Source of the DNA: a virus
Lineage: Duplodnaviria > Caudoviricetes
DNA: 64,000 nucleotides
Virus record (IMG/VR): IMGVR_UViG_3300013382_000008
Span: 1-64,000 of that record
Strand: one strand, 5' to 3'
Shown here: piece after piece, positions 39,423 through 48,233 of the stretch
Layout: every line of letters begins with the position of its first letter
Position numbering within the stretch: position 1 is the stretch's first letter
Notes under the pieces: generated by a model
What the model was told of the DNA's origin: nothing
Databases searched by the model: none
The model's input: only the letters and a program-made list of their open reading frames with translations
Position numbers and translations under genes: made by a program

Positions 39423-39845
39423 TTAATCTTTATTATTTTTATTAAGCCACATAACAGTTATTATACTATATGAAGCTAAATCAAGTAAAGTATCCTTAAT
39501 AGATTCATCTTTAACTTCTGCATTTTTGTTATTAAGAGATTCAAGTCTGTTCATCTTATCCCCCATCCTTACAAGAGAAGCTAATAAACCAAACTTATCA
39601 AGAGATTGTTCAAAGCTATTACCATAATCATGATTCTTGGCTGCATAAGTCTTAGCCATGTTATTAGTAATATATATAAATTGTTTCACACTATCATTTA
39701 TTATAGGATGTGAACCTAAATGAACTAATCTACTTTTTACTACCTGAAGTTCTGTTTTTATTTCATTACTAACTTTAGGAGAATCTATAATCTTTGTTAT
39801 AATATCTATCAAATATTGATACTCTGAGTTTATTGTCATTTCCAT
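39423..39845 (-). CDS. DUF1599 / nucleotide-modification-associated domain 1 protein
   Basis: KNHDYGNSF...RMGDKMNRL...ESIKDTLLDLASY. Confidence 0.8.
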   Translation of the reverse strand: MEMTINSEYQYLIDIITKIIDSPKVSNEIKTELQVVKSRLVHLGSHPIINDSVKQFIYITNNMAKTYAAKNHDYGNSFEQSLDKFGLLASLVRMGDKMNRLESLNNKNAEVKDESIKDTLLDLASYSIITVMWLNKNNKD

Positions 39846-39880
39846 ATTTTTCTTTAATATTTTTTAAACTTCATTCTACT

Positions 39881-40015
39881 TTACTTTAAATATTCTTTAT
39901 TTACAGCTTCCAATTGTTGAATTATATTATCTATTGTTTTGCCATGATATTCCATAGCTATCTCCTTTAATACTGCAATATGGGTCTTTAGTCTGATATA
40001 TTCTATCCGTGTCAT
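39881..40015 (-). CDS. Small hypothetical protein (44 aa, not in the ORF track)
   Basis: MTRIEYIRLKTHIAVLKEIAMEYHGKTIDNIIQQLEAVNKEYLK. ATGA overlap with the YopX-family gene stop. Confidence 0.6.
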   Translation of the reverse strand: MTRIEYIRLKTHIAVLKEIAMEYHGKTIDNIIQQLEAVNKEYLK

Positions 40016-40443
40016 TTACCATCCTCCTTATCGAACTTTGAATGTAAAACCTTGATTGTGCTTTCAGTATCATCGGTGCCTGGTAATGCTATATATTCTT
40101 CACCTCTATAACGATTTCCTACACTCATATTTTCAAACATATAATCTTTCAAAACAAAGCCCCAAATATCTTCTTCCCAAGTGATTGTACCCTTTACATG
40201 GGTATCATCACCTTGCTCATTGAAGTATGTACATTCAACAATATCACCTTCATAGATAGGTATATCATTTTCTGCATTTTTCCCTGTGTACTGGCAGACG
40301 GTGGAAGAGTCAATCTCCACCTTGTTGCAAATAGAGTCCTCATACCATTCTATGAATGTACCGAAAGGAGTCTTCACCAATGAGCCATACACCCATTTGC
40401 TATTGTCAAGTCTCTTTGCCTTGAATTTTATATCACGTCCCAT
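40012..40443 (-). CDS. YopX-family protein
   Basis: IKFKAKRLDNSKWVYGSL...TVCQYTG...IYEGDIV. Confidence 0.85.
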   Translation of the reverse strand: MGRDIKFKAKRLDNSKWVYGSLVKTPFGTFIEWYEDSICNKVEIDSSTVCQYTGKNAENDIPIYEGDIVECTYFNEQGDDTHVKGTITWEEDIWGFVLKDYMFENMSVGNRYRGEEYIALPGTDDTESTIKVLHSKFDKEDGK

Positions 40444-40544
40444 ATTATATTATATTTTTAATTTTAACTATACCATATCTCGGGTATCTCACTATATTCT
40501 TTCATGCTTCCTCCAAACTTATTTATTTTAACTCGACAGGCTCA

Positions 40545-41510
40545 TCACTGTTTTATTTTTAATCTTTTTTCTATACACCCATAGGAGGCATTAAAATATT
40601 TAGCTATTTCCTTTATAGTTTTCCCTAAATTTCTCATTTTAATTACCTCGTTTATATCAATATCTTTTCTAAAATTATTCTTCCTGTTTAACAACTTTGG
40701 ATATACGTTCTTCTCTATCCCAACAAATAATGGATTCCCTTTCCACCAATCAGGACTTTTAGCCACTTTATCACACTCTATATTTTCTCCAATATCAATT
40801 TCGTTTATTGCATTCAACACACAATCATTTTTACTTGTTGCATTTGCAAAACCACCAGATGGCAGATACGCTTGCCATTTATTAGTATCAACTTTCTGTA
40901 TTACTACATAATAGCCTTTGCATGGCAATAAATAAAATCCACAACAAATGCGTTTTATCTTAATATCCAAATCCATCATACTTATCACTTTTGTAGGCTT
41001 TGTGTTATCTGATTTCCATTTAAAAATATAACCACCACAAGTTTTGTAAACTCCATTGCAACAATCACCTATATGCCCATTGTTTAAATGCAAAGCCTTT
41101 GATGCAGCTCTTGTTGATTCAAACTCACAAATCTTATTCGATTCCAAATCATACTGAACTACAGGCTTCATTCTATGTACGATTGAATCATGGTAGATTT
41201 TCTTTGCACTATAATGACTGTTATACTTGGCTGTACACCATTCTAAATTATCTATACGATTATCATCTTTTATTTCATTTTTGTGATTAACCGCAGGATA
41301 ATTATTTGGATTTTCCAAGAAGGTCAATGCAATAAGTCTATGCACCTTTTTAGTAAACTGAATATTATTTTCAGATAATCTAACTTGTACATATCCTTCT
41401 CTGTCAGGAACGCCTTTTAGAGGTTTTGTCTTTCCAATTCTTCTAATATTACCCAAATCCGAAGCCTCATAACATTTGAGACCAGGAATCTTTTTCCAGA
41501 CTTCTTCCAT
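40545..41510 (-). mobile_element. Free-standing HNH homing endonuclease (NUMOD4-HNH-NUMOD1, extra domain and C-terminal HTH)
   Basis: EEVWKKI...YEASDLGNIR, VHRLIALTF...VNHKNEIKDDNRIDNLEWCT, KPVVQYDL...CCNG...GGYIFKW. Likely start MEEVWK at 41510. Confidence 0.9.
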
Positions 41511-41519
41511 AAGCAATAA

Positions 41520-41702
41520 TTAATGTAACTCTACTGGATTATCGCTCCATTTGAGTTCTCTTCCTATCAGCTTCTTAATTGAGCCTTTGGGAAGTTCAAC
41601 ACCACCATACACACAAGCATATCTACCATATTCTTGCATTTTGTGTGGCTCACTTGAAGAAACAAATTCAGAGCCATCATTATTAACACTTACCCATGCC
41701 AT
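41520..41702 (-). CDS. Small phage protein (MAWVSV...LPKGSIKKLIGRELKWSDNPVEL); apparent target of the HNH insertion
   Basis: Start at 41702. A diverged duplicate of its last 9 codons lies at 40523-40549. Confidence 0.7.
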   Translation of the reverse strand: MAWVSVNNDGSEFVSSSEPHKMQEYGRYACVYGGVELPKGSIKKLIGRELKWSDNPVELH

Positions 41703-41704
41703 AA

Positions 41705-41950
41705 CTATTCCTCCTCCCAAAAAAAGTTAGGTAAGAAATCATACACACAACTCCATATTGCAGTTGGATGAGATTTAAACCAATCCTTCAAATCAGCATC
41801 ATATCTCTCTAATGTGATATGTGGGCGAGTTTTTCTGTAATCAACTACTATCATATCAATGCCGAAGTATTTAGGCAAATTCTCTGCCTTGTGCCACTTC
41901 TTTTTGATTTCTTCCTTTACTATCTTGTCTCTTAATTCTTGTTTATTCAT
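41705..41950 (-). CDS. Hypothetical protein
   Basis: 81-aa ORF tightly packed between neighbours. Confidence 0.6.
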   Translation of the reverse strand: MNKQELRDKIVKEEIKKKWHKAENLPKYFGIDMIVVDYRKTRPHITLERYDADLKDWFKSHPTAIWSCVYDFLPNFFWEEE

Positions 41951-41951
41951 A

Positions 41952-42347
41952 TTAATCCTCGCTTTCTTTTATGCCAAACACAGAACCATCGGCAAAGTTA
42001 TAGAATTTCATAACATCATTAAAATGCCAATTCTTGGCAACACCGAAAGAAATATGCTCATCAACAGAAGTGATGAGTGTATAATGTCCATCCTCTTTGT
42101 CTTTTACATACCCGAAAGGCTGATGTTTCAACATTTCCTGCCAGCACTCCTCTGCGTTGGCAAAGGGTCTGTAGGTAAACTCTGGCTTGATGCGGTAGTC
42201 ATTGACATTAACAAAGGCATTATCGGTATAAAAGCCCTCCTCTGTTGTGATGTCTTTCCAAACTCCATTATCTCTGTATTGTATCACTCTGCCTTCTGCA
42301 AACGCTTGTAAGATGGGTAATAAATCTTTAACTTCTTCTCTTGTCAT
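41952..42347 (-). CDS. Hypothetical protein, paralogue of 42370-42789
   Basis: LLPILQAFAEG...YRIKP...YRPF...HQPFGY. Confidence 0.7.
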   Translation of the reverse strand: MTREEVKDLLPILQAFAEGRVIQYRDNGVWKDITTEEGFYTDNAFVNVNDYRIKPEFTYRPFANAEECWQEMLKHQPFGYVKDKEDGHYTLITSVDEHISFGVAKNWHFNDVMKFYNFADGSVFGIKESED

Positions 42348-42369
42348 AATATCTTATTAATTTTTATAG

Positions 42370-42789
42370 TTATTCCTTTCCAACTTTAACTCCAAATGGT
42401 TGCCCATCTAAATAAACATATTCTTCAAATACAGAAGTAAACTTGGTAGCTACATTAGGCATAGACAATCTTAAATACGGATACCCATCATTATGTATCC
42501 CAATTATCAAAACTATGTCACCTTTTTGCTTTTTCCTAAGATAGCCAAACGGCTTATGATTTTCCATATCATGGAAGCATTCTTTAATGCTTTGATAAGG
42601 ACGGTACTTTGATGAGGGCTTAATGCGATATTCAATATTAGCCCAACATTCCAATTCATCCATTACTACCCAATCATTAGGCATCGAAGGATTTGCGATA
42701 CCTTTTGGATTTGTTCTTACCTCTATTGTCTTGCCCTCTGCAAAAGCCTGCAAGATAGGCAATAGCTTTTTTACTTGTTCTCTGTTCAT
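42370..42789 (-). CDS. Hypothetical protein, paralogue of 41952-42347
   Basis: LLPILQAFAEG...YRIKP...YRPY...HKPFGY. Confidence 0.7.
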   Translation of the reverse strand: MNREQVKKLLPILQAFAEGKTIEVRTNPKGIANPSMPNDWVVMDELECWANIEYRIKPSSKYRPYQSIKECFHDMENHKPFGYLRKKQKGDIVLIIGIHNDGYPYLRLSMPNVATKFTSVFEEYVYLDGQPFGVKVGKE

Positions 42790-42793
42790 TGTT

Positions 42794-42955
42794 TTAATAA
42801 TTATAAATTATTACTTCATCATGATAACATTTGACATCTTTTATACTTGTATCATCACGTCCATACTCATCTACATAATAATCCATAGTTACAGGAATCT
42901 CCCCATACTTATCAAGAGATTCCTGTAGTATATCTATTAATTCTTTATTAGTCAT
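42794..42955 (-). CDS. Small hypothetical protein (53 aa, not in the ORF track)
   Basis: MTNKELIDILQESLDKYGEIPV...IIYNY. Confidence 0.55.
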   Translation of the reverse strand: MTNKELIDILQESLDKYGEIPVTMDYYVDEYGRDDTSIKDVKCYHDEVIIYNY

Positions 42956-43041
42956 TTTTATTAGTCATAATAATATATTAATATTAGTGAAGAAGAAATA
43001 AAACACAAACTATTATAGCCCCTATAAATCCTCCTATTGTA

Positions 43042-43365
43042 CTAATAAGTGCTATTATACCAGTAATTAAACATAATATTGCAAAAAATTATAAGAACTG
43101 ATATAAAGGATTTATATATTGCCTTACCTAATTTTTTTAATTTATTTTCATTTTTTTTGCTTAATTTATTATAACATTCATCACTTTCAGCCATAAGTTT
43201 ATCAAAGCTGTCATAATTCTCAGATAAAAGAGCCTCAGCTGCTTTCCTTAATGCAATCACACCCTGTAATGCAAGCTCCTGCTCTTTCTGGCTCATTCTA
43301 TCAAAATCTATTTTCATTTTTTCTTTGGGGAAATCCGTTAATAACTTCATAGGACTTCTCGCCAA
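43042..43365 (-). CDS. Hypothetical protein, start uncertain; 3' part may be a frameshifted membrane-protein remnant
   Basis: ORF track entry with homopolymer runs near the 3' end. Confidence 0.4.
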   Translation of the reverse strand: MARSPMKLLTDFPKEKMKIDFDRMSQKEQELALQGVIALRKAAEALLSENYDSFDKLMAESDECYNKLSKKNENKLKKLGKAIYKSFISVLIIFCNIMFNYWYNSTY

Positions 43366-43458
43366 TATTTATTTCCTTGATAGAAAAACTTGACAATACT
43401 CGTCTTTTGAATCCTTCATGTTCACCGCTACCCATAGTAAAACTCCTCTTTCTTTCTA

Positions 43459-43644
43459 TTAATAATTTGGTCTTATTATTGCAATCCTATATCTGTTTTT
43501 TAGAAAATAGAGATAGAAATGATATTCGTCGAATGCACTATCTGTACTATGATTAGAAAAAGCTATTGTCGGTATAAGATAAGAGGTTCTTTTAAGGTTA
43601 TCTTTATACCCTACAATATGTATTCTATTTATTTTAAAGTTCAT
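43459..43644 (-). CDS. Hypothetical protein
   Basis: 61-aa ORF. Confidence 0.5.
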   Translation of the reverse strand: MNFKINRIHIVGYKDNLKRTSYLIPTIAFSNHSTDSAFDEYHFYLYFLKNRYRIAIIRPNY

Positions 43645-43693
43645 ATCTATTCTGTTTACCCTCTCTCTGCTGTCACCAAGGAGAGGTGGTTAG

Positions 43694-43831
43694 TTAATCA
43701 ATGCTATTGTCTCCTATTTCCTTTAATACCTTCCTAAGAAAGGTCTTAATTCTATATAGACCTTCATCTGTGTACTCATCAATTTTAAAACCATTGATAA
43801 ATGTAGTACTTCCAATTTCTTCTATATTCAT
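43694..43831 (-). CDS. Small hypothetical protein (45 aa, not in the ORF track)
   Basis: MNIEEIGSTTFINGFKIDEYTDEGLYRIKTFLRKVLKEIGDNSID. Confidence 0.5.
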   Translation of the reverse strand: MNIEEIGSTTFINGFKIDEYTDEGLYRIKTFLRKVLKEIGDNSID

Positions 43832-43858
43832 ATCATTACTATTTAAGTCCAAAGGCTG

Positions 43859-44284
43859 TTAAACAATCATATTGCTATCCAATCCCAAGCCAAAGAGAAG
43901 GTGCTGTAATTCATGCACATTTGATATAGTTTTCAGATAGAAATCATCTTGACCTACATCATAGCTATCTGGACTTAGGTTATTATACACTTCGACACTT
44001 TCTATTATCTTATGTTTCTTGTCCTTATATTCGGCAATAAGATATAATTTACCATTAAGCTGATAATCATAATCCGTCCCATCATCCTTCCACCCATTCT
44101 TTTTCAAAAACTGCATTGTGATTGGGATAGGCTTTAGTTCGTTTCCTTTCACAAAACGGAAACTGGTAATGTCTCCCCCAACAGTTTGGCATCCATAAAC
44201 CCCACTTCTTTCCCAATATGATATATAGCAAACCTTGCCATTGTACATTACCAAATCTCCTGGTATATATCCAACTTTATTCAT
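43859..44284 (-). CDS. Hypothetical phage protein
   Basis: YIPGDLV...LKPIPIT...LKKNGW...VHELQHLLFGLGL, a pattern common in Bacteroidota phages. Confidence 0.7.
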   Translation of the reverse strand: MNKVGYIPGDLVMYNGKVCYISYWERSGVYGCQTVGGDITSFRFVKGNELKPIPITMQFLKKNGWKDDGTDYDYQLNGKLYLIAEYKDKKHKIIESVEVYNNLSPDSYDVGQDDFYLKTISNVHELQHLLFGLGLDSNMIV

Positions 44285-44286
44285 AC

Positions 44287-44619
44287 TTACTTTCTAAAAT
44301 AATGTTCTTTACTGCCGTTAAGATACTCTTTACATGTTTCTTTTGTTAGAAACTCATTGTCAGAATAATCATCAAATTTACCCAAACTTACTTGGTGAAA
44401 AAGAAATTTTATGTTATTATCGCTATTCTCATATCCTGTAAATTGCAGACTGTTTTGACAAAGACAAAGCCATTCAAGATAAATCTCATAATCTCGCTTA
44501 GAGAATTTAAAACCTTTGACATTTCTCTTACACCAACCAAAGTATTTAGGATTCTCTCTGAGAATACTTGTAACTTGTCTTCCTTTATACTTTCCAAAGG
44601 TATAAACATTATTATTCAT
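44287..44619 (-). CDS. FGKYKG-motif protein (exodeoxyribonuclease X C-terminal-like)
   Basis: YTFGKYKGRQV...NPKYFGWC. Confidence 0.65.
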   Translation of the reverse strand: MNNNVYTFGKYKGRQVTSILRENPKYFGWCKRNVKGFKFSKRDYEIYLEWLCLCQNSLQFTGYENSDNNIKFLFHQVSLGKFDDYSDNEFLTKETCKEYLNGSKEHYFRK

Positions 44620-44621
44620 AC

Positions 44622-44828
44622 TTACTTTCTTTTCTCAATAAATATTACATTCTTGCCATCTGAGCGGTCAGTTGCTTCACATTGGAAGCCTTCCGCCCAA
44701 TCATTATATGTTGGATTGTAACAAGTATCATCATAACAAAAGATGCAACCTTTACAAGGGTCTTCAACATCATTTTGCTGCTCTTTGACCACCAATGTGA
44801 TTTCCTCACCAACCTTATATTCTTTCAT
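44622..44828 (-). CDS. Small Cys-rich protein
   Basis: CKGCIFC...C...C...RSDGKNVIF. Confidence 0.6.
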   Translation of the reverse strand: MKEYKVGEEITLVVKEQQNDVEDPCKGCIFCYDDTCYNPTYNDWAEGFQCEATDRSDGKNVIFIEKRK

Positions 44829-45054
44829 TTCTCACCCCTCCTTTCTTCTTAGGTATATACTCATCACTACTCTCGTCATACTCATAGCAATCTGGGCAAT
44901 AGTGCTTGCCTTTGATTTCCAACCAATCACTACTTTGCATGAGTTCGTGGACTGAAAGTTTATCACTCCAAGCCGTGATGGCACCACCATCATATTCCAG
45001 CCGCTTGCCGCAACCGTCACAGATTCCTTCATAAAGTGTTACTGGTCTAATCAT
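44815..45054 (-). CDS. Small zinc-ribbon protein
   Basis: CDGCG ... HYCPDC. Confidence 0.65.
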   Translation of the reverse strand: MIRPVTLYEGICDGCGKRLEYDGGAITAWSDKLSVHELMQSSDWLEIKGKHYCPDCYEYDESSDEYIPKKKGGVRNERI

Positions 45055-45449
45055 TTCTCACCTCCTTCTTCATGCTTTAATAAATCTTCAAGATTAGACC
45101 ATCTTCGGGCACATCCTTGTCTTAGATATGAACTTAGATTCGATTCTTCTGCTGGAAGTCTCTTACTAACATAAAATATTCTTCCTTCAATAGCCATTTC
45201 AATAAGGAAAAAGCCCTTTTTAGGTATTCTTTCTTGACGAATATCATGCCACAGGTCTTTCAAGAACTCTTGCATTGCCCAGTGAGCACCATCTTTAAAA
45301 GCAACATCTGCACTTATATTCCATACAGAAAAAAGTGCTCCGTTCTTTTTATCTCTTTGCTCTTTCTTACGACATATAGAAGAACACTTCTTTTCATATT
45401 CTCCTGCAGCCTCTTTTATCTTCCTTTCGTCTATCATAATTACTCCCAA
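45051..45449 (-). CDS. Hypothetical protein (start probably a few codons downstream)
   Basis: MIDERKI...AFKDGAHWA...LWHD. Confidence 0.6.
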   Translation of the reverse strand: MGVIMIDERKIKEAAGEYEKKCSSICRKKEQRDKKNGALFSVWNISADVAFKDGAHWAMQEFLKDLWHDIRQERIPKKGFFLIEMAIEGRIFYVSKRLPAEESNLSSYLRQGCARRWSNLEDLLKHEEGGEK

Positions 45450-46168
45450 TTATCTGTTGTACCTATTAATTCTGCTGTTTTTTCATTATAAGGAATACAC
45501 TGGTTCCAAGCACCTTGAATACATACATAAATTGTGGTATGAGAACCAATAGATACTGCTTTATGAGAAAATATGTTAGCTTTCCATACTTCAGTATCAT
45601 AATTTCTAACCATTACCTTGTCAAATGGCTTAAATTTCCATTTTGGTTTATTCTCAAGTTTTAAAGTTTTCATATTAAGTTTGCCTCCTAATCTTTCTTC
45701 TATAGTATTAATAAAGCACTGAGCGTCATCTTTGTCCTCAATTTGATAATTAACAGTGAAGAGAGACATATTTTCTTTATATTTATGATTATTATCATCT
45801 GCACAATTAAGGTAATGTTTACCTTTAAAACATGAATAATCACTTGTACTAAAGCTATCAAATATAACCTCTTTTTCAAAGTCATTACTTACCAATACAT
45901 CACCTTTTTTCCAAGTTAATTTAGTCCAATCCTGAACTGATTTACTAGGAAAAAGTAAACATTCTCCCTTATCCCCATTTTTAAAATAATGACCATTAAA
46001 CTCAAAATAATAACAATAGTAATTAATACCAAGTTTTGATACAACTATATTATTATCACTAGTTACCCTTTGAAATACCCCTTCCCCAAATATAGGAGAA
46101 TATACTCCTGTACCTTTAGGTTTATTTCTTAAAATATCTGCTATATTAATATTATCTTTCATAATCAT
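45440..46168 (-). CDS. Hypothetical phage protein
   Basis: GECLLFPSK...FKPFDKV...QCIPYNEKT. Confidence 0.7.
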   Translation of the reverse strand: MIMKDNINIADILRNKPKGTGVYSPIFGEGVFQRVTSDNNIVVSKLGINYYCYYFEFNGHYFKNGDKGECLLFPSKSVQDWTKLTWKKGDVLVSNDFEKEVIFDSFSTSDYSCFKGKHYLNCADDNNHKYKENMSLFTVNYQIEDKDDAQCFINTIEERLGGKLNMKTLKLENKPKWKFKPFDKVMVRNYDTEVWKANIFSHKAVSIGSHTTIYVCIQGAWNQCIPYNEKTAELIGTTDNWE

Positions 46169-46184
46169 TTATATAATAAAGTTA

Positions 46185-48233
46185 TTAATGTACCCAATGG
46201 TCATTTATCTCAGCTTCTGCTGGTATAGGTAAAGACTTACAAAACTTTGCAGCAGTATCAAACATCTCATTTTCTATTCTTTTACTAAAAATTTTTGCCT
46301 CTTCTTTTGGACATTCCCAAAGACATTCATCATGGATAAGTCCACATAAAAGATAAATACCAAACTTACCATTATCCACTACCCAATTAAATAAATTAAT
46401 TTGACTAGTTTTTAACATGATAGCACATGTTCCCTGGGTTGGAGCATTTCTTGCCATCCTATCCCATTTGGAAGCAACTTTAAAGTGAGCTTTTACTTCT
46501 TGCTCTACCATATCTCCAGTACCTTTATGATATTGCTTATATTCTTCCCAAAAAGCAGAATCATAGGAATCTTGTTCTTCTTTCCACAGTCTCCAATCAT
46601 ACCAATACATTTTATGCCCTGTAATAGGATTCATAAGCACATAACCATTAGCCCTTACAAATTTAGACCCCTTTTTAGCAAAAATAGCAGACCCCTTAAA
46701 ACCATTTTCATAATTTCTTAGAATTTCTTCTGCTTCAGCATCACTACATTGAATAGCTTGTTTTATAGCAAAAGCTCCTCCACCAAAATTTAATGCAAAT
46801 TCAGGAGCTTTAGCTTTTTGTCTTAAGTCAGGTCTAAGTTTTTTTATATCATGGACATCAATATCTTGTAACTCTTTTTTAAAAAAGATTTTAGCATACA
46901 TACTATGACTATCTATGTTATTAAGGAATATATCCTTGATAGCTTGGTCATTATATATATCTCCTGCTAACCTTGCTTCTGCTGCTGACCAATCGCAATC
47001 AATCATAAGATTTCCTTTTTCTGCAACAAAACAAGCTCTAGTCACAGAGTCATTTGGTAATTGTTGGTAGTTTGGATATTTACATTCTGAAGGTTTTACT
47101 TTATTTATTTTTGCAAGAGTATTATTAGATTGGTTACTACCACAAGACATCCTTCCTGATGCTGCACCAAGTTGTTTATATATGGTATGACTTCTATTAT
47201 CTGTAGGACAAATAGTATTAAGATGCCCTTGACCAAATGAAGATACTACCTTGGCATATTCTTGATACTTGAAATAAAGATTTAAAAACTCATCATTAAT
47301 TCCTTTTTGACCTTTTAAAGTTTTCTCAAGTACACTATCTTTATTTTCTCCTGTATTTTTATCTTGTACTGTAGTATTGAATCCTAATATCTTGGCTACC
47401 TTGACTACTTGTCTTGAAGAAGACCAATTGATATTTACTTGAGGCTCCAAGTTAAATCCTGTAAATAAGTCTCCTTGTCTATCTATAAATGTGAACTCTT
47501 TTAAACTAGGAATCCTTACAGCGAAGTCATTAAGGTCTTTTAATGCTTTATCAAGATTCTTCTTATCATTTAGCATCTTAGCTTTCCATTTTTCTTTATC
47601 CAACTTAATGCCACACCATTCAAGATATGCTATGACAGGAACAAAGTCACATTCCAACTTAGCTCCTACAAGACAGCCTTGGTTTTTACAATCTTCCAAT
47701 TGGGACATCATAATATCATATAAATATAAGACATCCCCAGCAGCATACTTTATTACTGTACTATCCAATCCTCTCCAAATAATCTGACCTCTCACAGATT
47801 TATCTATGTCAATACCCAACCTTTTCATTGCTATAGATTTAAGACTATAGGAAATACTTCCACTAGGATAACCAAGATGAAGTAGTTGTTCTACAATCAT
47901 AGTATCATAAATCTTTCTTGGTACTATATGATAATTATAGAAGAACTGTAAATCAAACTTGCCATTCTGCAAAATAAGATACTTACTTTCTATTATACCC
48001 TTGAATTTCTTTATATCTATAGTACTGCAATCTACAACTATTTGAGAAGTCTTCTCTATATTACCAAATTGAGCACATAGTAAATTGTTTAAAGGAGCAT
48101 AAGTACCATCAGTCTCAGTATCACATTGAATCATTTTCCATGAGCTTATCATAGATAAAGCTTCCTCTATGGTAATTACTTTATAAGAGGCATCCTCAAA
48201 TAATTGTAGATTATTAGTTACTAAATATATCAT
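46185..48233 (-). CDS. polA: DNA polymerase family A with 3'-5' exonuclease
   Basis: Exo DTET, NGKFD, YAAGD; GRMS; motif A DWSAAEARL; motif B RQKAK..EF...FG; QGT; motif C IHDE. Confidence 0.93.
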   Translation of the reverse strand: MIYLVTNNLQLFEDASYKVITIEEALSMISSWKMIQCDTETDGTYAPLNNLLCAQFGNIEKTSQIVVDCSTIDIKKFKGIIESKYLILQNGKFDLQFFYNYHIVPRKIYDTMIVEQLLHLGYPSGSISYSLKSIAMKRLGIDIDKSVRGQIIWRGLDSTVIKYAAGDVLYLYDIMMSQLEDCKNQGCLVGAKLECDFVPVIAYLEWCGIKLDKEKWKAKMLNDKKNLDKALKDLNDFAVRIPSLKEFTFIDRQGDLFTGFNLEPQVNINWSSSRQVVKVAKILGFNTTVQDKNTGENKDSVLEKTLKGQKGINDEFLNLYFKYQEYAKVVSSFGQGHLNTICPTDNRSHTIYKQLGAASGRMSCGSNQSNNTLAKINKVKPSECKYPNYQQLPNDSVTRACFVAEKGNLMIDCDWSAAEARLAGDIYNDQAIKDIFLNNIDSHSMYAKIFFKKELQDIDVHDIKKLRPDLRQKAKAPEFALNFGGGAFAIKQAIQCSDAEAEEILRNYENGFKGSAIFAKKGSKFVRANGYVLMNPITGHKMYWYDWRLWKEEQDSYDSAFWEEYKQYHKGTGDMVEQEVKAHFKVASKWDRMARNAPTQGTCAIMLKTSQINLFNWVVDNGKFGIYLLCGLIHDECLWECPKEEAKIFSKRIENEMFDTAAKFCKSLPIPAEAEINDHWVH

